A stretch of 64,000 nucleotides of DNA from Eledone cirrhosa (Eukaryota). The notes under the pieces are model-generated. The model was not told the DNA's origin. It was given only the letters and a program-made list of their open reading frames with translations, and made no database searches. Position numbers and translations under genes: made by a program. Where the stretch lies: contig OZ024743.1 in the NCBI GenBank assembly GCA_964016885.1, forward strand, positions 353,896,001-353,960,000. Direction: 5' to 3'. Position 1 is the stretch's first letter, and each line of letters opens with the position of its first letter. This document shows, one piece after another, positions 52,701 to 64,000 of this stretch.

Positions 52701-55700
52701 ACGACTAACAACACCAACAGACGACCAACACAACCACTAACAACACCAATAGACCATCATTACAACCATTAACAACACTAACAGACCACCAACACAACCA
52801 CTAACAAGACCAACAGACGACCAACACAACCACTAACAACACCAATAGACCATCAATACAACCACTAACAACACTAACAGACCACCGATACAACCACTAA
52901 CATTACCAATAGACCAACATTACAACCACTAACAATACCTACAGACCACCAATTCAACCACTAACAACACCAACAGACCCGCAATACAACCATTAACAAC
53001 ACGAACAGACCATCAATACAACCACTTACAACACAAATAGATCACCATTAAAACGACGACCACCACCAACAGACCACCATTAGAATCACTAACAACACCA
53101 ACAGACAACCAATACAACCACTAACAACACCAATAGACCACCATTACAAGCACAACCACACACCAACAGACCACCAACACAAGCACTAACAACACCAAGA
53201 GACCACCAATACAACCACTAATAACACCAACAGACGACCAACACAACCACTAACAACACCAATAGACCACCAACACAAGCACTAACAACACCAAGAGACC
53301 ACCAATACAACCACTAATAATACCAACAGACGACCAACACAACAACTAACAGCACCAGAAGACCACCATTACCACCACTAACAACACCATGAGACCACAA
53401 TTATACCACTAACAACACCAACAGAGTACCATTACTACCACTACAACACCAACAGACCACCAATACAACCATCAATACAACCACTAACAACACCAACAGA
53501 CCACCATTACAATCGCTACCAACACCAACAGACCACCAATACAACCAGTACCAACACTAACAGACCACCAACACAACCACTAACAACACCAACAGACCAC
53601 CATTACTACCACTAACAACACCAACAGACCACCGATACAATCTCTAACAATACGAACAGACCACCATTACAACCACTAACAACACCAACAGACCACCATT
53701 ACAACCACTAACACCCCCAACAGACCACCAAAACAAACACTAACAACACCGACAGACCAGCAATACTACCACTAACAACACCAACAGACCACCAATATAA
53801 CCTCTAACAATAACAACAGACCACCATTACAACCACTAACAACACCAAAAGACCACCATTACAACAAATAACAACACCAACAGACCACCAATACAACCAC
53901 TAACAACACCAACAGACCACCATTACAACCACTAACAACACCAAAAGACCACCATTACAACAACTAACAACACCAACAGACCACCAATACAACCACCATT
54001 ACAACCACTAACAACACCAAGAGACCACCAATACAACCACTAACAACCCAAACAGACCACCATTACAACCACTAACAACAGCAAGAGACGAACAATACAA
54101 TCACTAACAACACCAACAGACCACCATTACAACCACTAACGACACCAATAGACCACCATTACTCCACCACCACCATCAACAGACCATCATTACAAACACA
54201 AACAACACCAACAAACCATCAAACAACCACTAACAACACCAACAGATCACACTTACACCACCACCACCACCACCACCAACAGACCACCATTACCACCACT
54301 AAGAACACCAATAGACCACCATTACAACCACTAACAACACCAACAGACCACCATTACCACCACTAACAACTCAAAAAGACCAACAATACAACTACTAACA
54401 ACACCAAAAGACCATCAATACAACAACTAACAACACCAACAGACCACCAATAGAACCACTTACAACAGCAACAGACCACCAATACAACCACTTACAACAC
54501 CAACAGACGAACAATACAACCATCAATACAACCACTAACAACACCAACAGACCACCAATACAACCATCAATACAACCACTAACAACACAAACAGACTACC
54601 AATGCAACCACTAACAACACCAACAGACCACCAATACAACCATCAATACAACCACTAACAACACAAACAGACCACCATTACAACCACTAACAACACCAGC
54701 AGACCACCAATACAATCATTAACAACATTAATAGACCACCATTACAAGCACAACCACACACAAACAGACCACCAACACAACCAATACCAAACACCAACAG
54801 ACCACCATTACAACCACTAACAATACAAACAGACCACCAACACAACCAATAACAACACCAACAGACCACAGTTACAACCACTAACAACACTAACAGACCA
54901 CCAATACAACCACTAACAACACCAATAGACCACAATTACAACCACTAACAAAACGCACAGACTACCATGACAATCGCTAACAACATCGACAGACAACCAA
55001 TACAACCACTAACAACACCAATAGACCACCATTACAACCACAACCACACACAAACAGACCACCAACACAACCACGAACAACACCAACAGACCACCATTAC
55101 AACCACTAATAACTAATAACACCAACAGCCACCAATACAACCATCAATACAACCACTATCAAACCCAACAGACCACCAATACAACCACTAACTACACCAA
55201 CAGAACACCATTACTACCACAACAACACCAACAGACCACCAATACAACCATCAATACAACCACTAAGAACACCAACAGACCACCAATAAAACTACTAACA
55301 ACACCAACAGACCACCATTAGTCCACCACCACCACATACAGACCATCAATACCACCACTAACAACACCAACAGACCACCATTACAACCACTAACAACACC
55401 AGCAGACCATCAATACAACCACTAACAACACCAACAGACGACCAACACAACCACTAACAACACCAATAGACCATCATTACAACCACTAACAACACAAACC
55501 GACTACCAATACAACCATTAACAGCACCAGTAGACCACCATTACCACCACTAACAACACCGTGACACCACCATTATAGCACAAACATCACCAACAGAACA
55601 CCATTACTACCACTACAACACCAACAGACCATCAATACAACCTCTAACAACACCAACATACCCCCATTACTACCACTACAACACCAACAGACCACCAATA

Positions 55701-58700
55701 CAACCATCAATTCAACCACTAATAACACCAATAGACCACCATTACAAGCACTAACTACACCAACAGACCTCCATTACAACCACTAACAACACCAACAGAC
55801 CGCCAATACAACGACTAACAACACCAACAGACCACCAATACAACCACTAACAACACCAACAGACCACCATTACAACAACTACCAACACCAACAGACCACC
55901 ATTACAATCCCTAAAAGCACCAACAGACCACCTATAAAACAACTAACAACACCAACAGACCACCATTGCAACCACTAACACCACCAACAGACCACCATTA
56001 CAACCACTACCAACACCAACAGACCACCATTTCAACCACTAACAATACCAACAGACCACCATTACAACCACTAACAACACTAACAGTCCACCAATAGAAC
56101 CACTACCAACACCAACAGACCACCAATACAACCACTAACAACACCAACAGACCAACATTGCCACCACTAACAACACCCAACAGACCACCATTACAACCAC
56201 TAACAACACCAACAGACCACCATTACAACCACCAACACCACCAACAGACCACCAATAGAACCACTAACAACACAAACAGACCACCATTACAACCACTAAC
56301 AACACCAACAGACCACCATTACAACCACTAACAACACCAACAGACCACCATTACAACCACTACCAACACCAACACACCACCATTACAACCACTAACAACA
56401 CCAACAGGCCACCATAACAACCACTACCGTCACTAACAGACGACCATTACAACACTAACAACACCAACATACCACCAATACAACCAATAACAACACCAAC
56501 AAACCACCATTACAACCACTAACAACACCAACAGGCCACCATAACAACCACTACCGTCACTAAAAGACCACCATTACAACCACTAACAACAGCAACAGAC
56601 CACCATTACTACCACTACCAACACCAACAGACCACCATTACAAACACCACCACCACCAACAGACCAAAAATAGAACCACTAACAACACCAACAGACCACC
56701 AATAGAACCACTAACAACACCAATCGAACCACCATTACAATCACCACTACCACCACCACCACCACCACCACCACCACCACCACCACCACCACCACCACCA
56801 ACAGACCACCAATAGAACCATTACCAACACCAATAGTCTACCATTACAACCACTAACAACACCCAATAGACCACCATTACATCCTCTACCAACACCAACA
56901 GACCACCATTACAACCACTACCAACACCAACAGACCACCAATACAACCACTAACAACACCAACAGACTACCATTACAAACACTAACAACACCCAACACAC
57001 CACCAATACAACCACTAACAACACTAACAGACCACCATTACAACAACTAACAACACCAACAGACCACCATTACAACCACTACCAACACCAACAGACCACC
57101 ATTACAACCAATAACAACATTAACAGACCACCAATACAACCACCACCACCACCAACAAACCACCAATACAACCACCACCACCACCAACAGACCACCAATA
57201 GAACCACTAACAACACCACCAGACCAACATTACAACCACTAACAACACGAACAGACCACTATTACAACCACTAAGAACACCAACAGACCACCAATACAAC
57301 TACTAACAACACCAACAGACCACCATTATTCCACCACCACCACATACAGACCATCAATACAACCACTAACAACACCAACAGACCACCATTACAACCACTA
57401 ACAACACCAGCAGACCACCAATACAACCACTAACAACACCAACAGACGACCACCACAACCACTAACAACACCAATAGACCTTCATTACAACCACTAACAA
57501 CACAAACCAACTACCAATAAAACCATTAACAGCACCAGTAGACCACCATTACCACCACTAACAACACCTTGACACCACCATTATAGCACTAACAACACCA
57601 ACAGACCCCCATTACTAGCACTAACCACACCAACAGACCACCATTACTACCACTGCAACACGAACAGACCACCAATACAACCATCAATTCAACCACTAAC
57701 AATACCAATAGGCCACCATTACAAGCACTAACTACACCAACAGACCACCATTACAACCACTAACAACACCAACAGACCACCAATACAACCACTAACAACA
57801 CCAACAGACCACCATTACAACAACTACCAACACCAACAGACCACCATTACAATCCCTAATAGCACCAACAGACCACCTATAAAACAACTAACAACACCAA
57901 CTGACCACCATTGCAACCACTAACACCACCAACAGACCACCATTACAACCACTACCAACACCAACAGACCACCATTTCAACCACTAACAACACCAACAGA
58001 CCACCATTACAACCACTAGCAACACCAACAGACCACCATTTCAACCACTAACAACACAAACAGACCACCATTACAACCACTAACAACACCAACAGACCAG
58101 CATTACAACACTAACAACACCAACAGACCACCATTACAACCACTAACAACACCAACAGACCACCATTACAACCACTAACAACACCAATAGACCACCAATA
58201 CCAGCACTAACAACACCAACAGACCACCATTACAACCACTAACATCACTAACAGACCACCATTACAACCACTACCAACACCTACAGACCACCATTACAAC
58301 CTCTAACAACACCAACAGACCACCATTACAACCACTAACAACACCAAAAGACCATCAATACAACAACTAACAACACCAACAGACCACCAATAGAACCACT
58401 TACAACAGCAACAGACCACCAATACAACCACTTACATCACCAACAGACGAACAATACAACCATCAATACAACCACTAACAACACCAACAGACCACCAATA
58501 CAACCATCAATACAACCACTAACGACACAAACAGACTACCAATGCAACCACTAACAACACCAACAGACCAACTTTACAACCACTAACAACACCAGCAGAC
58601 CACCAATACAATCATTAACAACATTAATAGACCACCATTACAAGCACAACCACACACAAACAGACCACCAACACAACCAATACCAAACACCAACAGACCA

Positions 58701-61700
58701 CCATTACAACCACTAACAATACAAACAGACCACCAACACAACCAATAACAACACCAACAGACCACAGTTACAACCACTAACAACACTAACAGACCACCAA
58801 TACAACCACTAACAACACCAATAGACCACAATTACAACCACAACCACACACAAACAGACCACCAACACAACCACGAACAACACCAACAGACCACCATTAC
58901 AACCACTAATAACACCAACAGCCACCAATACAACCATCAATACAACCACTATCAAACCCAACAGACCACCAATACAACCACCAACAACACCAACAGAACA
59001 CCATTACTACCACAACAACACCAACAGACCACCAATACAACCATCAATACAACCACTAAGAACACCAACAGACCACCAATAAAACTACTAACAACACCAA
59101 CAGACCACCATTAGTCCACCACCACCACATACAGACCATCAATACCACCACTAACAACACAAACCGACTACCAATACAACCATTAACAGCACCAGTAGAC
59201 CACCATTACCACCACTAACAACACCGTGACACCACCATTATAGCACAAACATCACCAACAGAACACCATTACTACCACTACAACACCAACAGACCACCAA
59301 TACAACCATCAATTCAACCACTAATAACACCAATAGACCACCATTACAAGCACTAACTACACCAACAGACCTCCATTACAACCACTAACAACACCAACAG
59401 ACCGCCAATACAACGACTAACAACACCAACAGACCACCATTACAACAACTACCAACACCAACAGACCACCATTACAATCCCTAATAGCACCAACAGACCA
59501 CCTATAAAACAACTAACAACACCAACAGACCACCATTGCAAACACTAACACCACCAACAGACCACCATTACAACCACTACCAACACCAACAGACCACCAT
59601 TTCAACCACTAACAATACCAACAGACCACCATTACAACCACTAACAACACTAACAGTCCACCAATAGAACCACTACCAACACCAACAGACCACCAACACA
59701 ACCACTAACAACACCAACAGACCAACATTGCCACCACTAACAACACCCAACAGACCACCATTACAACCACTAACAACACCAACAGACCACCATTACAACC
59801 ATCAACACCACCAACAGACCACCAATAGAACCACTAACAACACCAACAGACCACCATTACAACCACTAACAACACCAACAGACCAGCATTACAACACTCA
59901 CAACACCAACAGACGACCATTACAACCACTAACAACACCAACAGACCACCATTACAACCACTAACAACACCAATAGACCACCATTACCAGCACTAACAAC
60001 ACCAACAGACCACCAATACAACCACTAACAACACCAACAGACCACCATTACAACCACAACCAACACCAACAGACCACCATTACAACCACTATCAACACCA
60101 AGAGACCACCATTACAACCACCACCGCCATCAACAGACCACCAATAGAACCACTAACAACACCAACAGACCACCATTACAACCACTAACAACACCAACAG
60201 ACCACCATTACAACCACTACCAACACCAACACACCACCATTACAACCACTAACAACACCAACAGGCCACCATAACAACCACTACCGTCACTAACAGACGA
60301 CCATTACAACACTAACAACACCAACATACCACCAATACAACCAATAACAACACCAACAAACCACCATTACAACCACTAACAACACCAACAGGCCACCATA
60401 ACAACCACTACCGTCACTAAAAGACCACCATTACAACCACTAACAACAGCAACAGACCACCATTACAACCACTACCAACACCAACAGACCACCATTACAA
60501 ACACCACCACCACCAACAGACCAAAAATAGAACCACTAACAACACCAACAGACCACCAATAGAACCACTAACAACACCAATCGAACCACCATTACAATCA
60601 CCACTACCACCACCACCACCACCACCACCACCACCACCAGACCACCAATAGAACCATTACCAACACCAACAGTCTACCATTACAACCACTAACAACACCC
60701 AATAGACCACCATTACATCCTCTACCAACACCAACAAACCACCATTACAACCACTACCAACACCAACAGACCACCAATACAACCACTAACAACACCAACA
60801 GACTACCATTACAAACACTAACAACACCCAACACACCACCAATACAACCACTAACAACACTAACAGACCACCATTACAACAACTAACAACACCAACAGAC
60901 CAACATTACAACCACTACCAACACCAACAGACCACCATTACAACCAATAACAACATTAACAGACCACCAATACAACCACCACCACCACCAACAAACCACC
61001 AATACAACCACCACCACCACCAACAGACCACCAATAGAACCACTAACAACACCACCAGACCAACATTACAACCACTAACAACACGAACAGACCACTATTA
61101 CAACCACTAAGAACACCAACAGACCACCAATACAACTACTAACAACACCAACAGACCACCATTAGTCCACCACCACCACATACAGACCATCAATACAACC
61201 ACTAACAACACCAACAGACCACCATTACAACCACTAACAACACCAGCAGACCACCAATACAACCACTAACAACACCAACATACGACCACCACAACCACTA
61301 ACAACACCAATAGACCTTCATTACAACCACTAACAACACCAATAGACCTTCATTACAACCACTAACAACACAAACCAACTACCAATAAAACCATTAACAG
61401 CACCAGTAGACCACCATTACCACCACTAACAACACCGTGACACCACCATTATAGCACTAACAACACCAAAAGACCCCCATTACTAGCACTAACAACACCA
61501 ACAGACCCCCATTACTACCACTGCAACACGAACGGACCACCAATACAACCATCAATTCAACCACTAACAATACCAATAGACCACCATTACAACCACTAAC
61601 AACACCAACAGACCACCAATACAACCACTAACAACACCAACAGACCACCATTACAACAACTACCAACACCAACAGACCACCATTACAATCCCTAATAGCA

Positions 61701-64000
61701 CCAACAGACCACCTATAAAACAACTAACAACACCAACTGACCACCATTGCAACCACTAACACCACCAACAGACCACCATTACAACCACTACCAACACCAA
61801 CAGACAACCATTTCAACCACTAACAACACCAACAGACCACCATTACAACCACTACCAACACCAACAGACCACCATTTCAACCACTAACAACACCAACAGA
61901 CCACCATTACAACCACTAACAACACCAACAGACCAGCATTACAACACTAACAACACCAACAGACCACCATTACAACCACTAACAACACCAACAGACCACC
62001 ATTACAACCACTAACAACACCATTAGACCACCAATACCAGCACTAACAACACCAACAGACCACCATTACAACCACTAACATCACTAACAGACCACCATTA
62101 CAACCACTACCAACACTTACAGACCACCATTACAACCACTAACAACACCAACAGACCACCATTACAACCACTAACAACACCAACAGACCAGCATTACAAC
62201 ACTCACAACACCAACAGACCACCATTACAACCACTAACAACACCAACAGACCACCATTACAACCACTAACAACACCAATAGACCACCATTACCAGCACTA
62301 ACAACACCAACAGACCACCAATACAACCACTAACAACACCAACAGACCACCATTACAACCACAACCAACACCAACAGACCACCATTACAACCACTATCAA
62401 CACCAAGAGACCACCACTACAACCACCACCGCCATCAACAGACCACCAATAGAACCACTAACAACACCAACAGACCACCATTACAACCACTAACAACACC
62501 AACAGACCACCATTACAACCACTACCAACACCAACACACCACCATTACAACCACTAACAACACCAACAGGCCACCATAACAACCACTACCGTCACTAACA
62601 GACGACCATTACAACACTAACAACACCAACATACCACCAATACAACCAATAACAACACCAACAAACCACCATTACAACCACTAACAACACCAACAGGCCA
62701 CCATAACAACCACTACCGTCACTAAAAGACCACCATTACAACCACTAACAACAGCAACAGACCACCATTACAACCACTACCAACACCAACAGACCACCAT
62801 TACAAACACCACCACCACCAACAGACCAAAAATAGAACCACTAACAACACCAACAGACCACCAATAGAACCACTAACAACACCAATCGAACCACCATTAC
62901 AATCACCACTATCACCACCACCACCACCACCACCAGACCACCAATAGAACCATTACCAACACCAACAGTCTACCATTACAACCACTAACAACACCCAATA
63001 GACCACCATTACATCCTCTACCAACACCAACAGACCACCATTAGAACCACTACCAACACCAACAGACCACCAATACAACCACTAACAACACCAACAGACC
63101 ACCATTACAAACACTAACAACACCCAACACACCACCAATACAACCACTAACAACACTAACAGACCACCATTACAACAACTAACAACACCAACAGACCACC
63201 ATTACAACCACTACCAACACCAACAGACCACCATTACAACCAATAACAACATTAACAGACCACCAATACAACCACCACCACCACCAACAAACCACCAATA
63301 CAACCACCACCACCACCAACAGACCACCAATAGAACCACTAACAACACCACCAGACCAACATTACAACCACTAACAACACCAACAGACCACTATTACAAC
63401 CACTAAGAACACCAGCAGACCACCAATACAACTACTAACAACACCAACAGACCACCATTAGTCCACCACCACCACATACAGACCATCAATACAACCACAA
63501 ACAACACCAACAGACCACCAATACAACCACTAACAACACCAACAGACGACCACCACAACCACTAACAACACCAATAGACCTTCATTACAACCACTAACAA
63601 CACCAATAGACCTTCATTACAACCACTAACAACACAAACCAACTACCAATAAAACCATTAACAGCACCAGTAGACCACCATTACCACCACTAACAACACC
63701 GTGACACCACCATTATAGCACTAACAACACCAAAAGACCCTCATTACTAGCACTAACAACACCAACAGACCCCAATTACTACCACTGCAACACGAACGGA
63801 CCACCAATACAACCATCAATTCAACCACTAACAATACCAATAGACCACCATTACAAGCACTAACTACACCAACAGACCACCATTACAACCACTAACAACA
63901 CCAACAGACCACCAATACAACCACTAACAACACCAACAGACCACCATTACAACAACTACCAACACCAACAGACCACCATTACAATCCCTAATAGCACCAA
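49775..64000. repeat. Large 32-bp minisatellite array (consensus ccactaacaacaccaacagaccacca(t/a)tacaa), running off the window end
   Basis: Period of 32 measured at 58141/58173. Very C/A-rich on the plus strand, with kb-scale higher-order duplications. Confidence 0.95.

Noticed and set aside
49775-64000. Telomeric repeat, CRISPR array or mucin-like coding repeat
   Set aside because: No TTAGGG units, no unique spacers, and a 32-bp unit that is not a multiple of 3 with frequent stops.

Overview
Repeat-dense eukaryotic (animal) DNA with no recognisable host protein-coding gene. The microsatellite load and SINE types suggest a mollusc, possibly an octopus-like cephalopod (inference only). Contents: (i) two near-identical full-length Tx1/L1-clade LINEs in head-to-tail tandem inside an (AAT)n tract (27.8-39.5 kb), one with both ORFs intact; (ii) two decayed R4/Dong-like RLE LINEs; (iii) a decayed Penelope-like element (RT + GIY-YIG, 116-bp terminal direct repeats) plus several small (TA)n-bounded PLE-like pieces, some with type I hammerhead ribozyme motifs; (iv) a 5'-truncated Helitron with an intact 3' hairpin/CTAG end; (v) about 8 copies of a Nin/Deu-domain tRNA SINE and other SINE or RTE-derived elements; (vi) a >14-kb 32-bp minisatellite with higher-order duplications. 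Most notable: the SINE 3' tail resembles the Tx1 LINE 3' end and both sit at ATT-type sites, suggesting a SINE/Tx1 partnership targeting (ATT)n. Local inverted duplications also recur at (TA)n tracts. Most short ORFs in the track are microsatellite artefacts.
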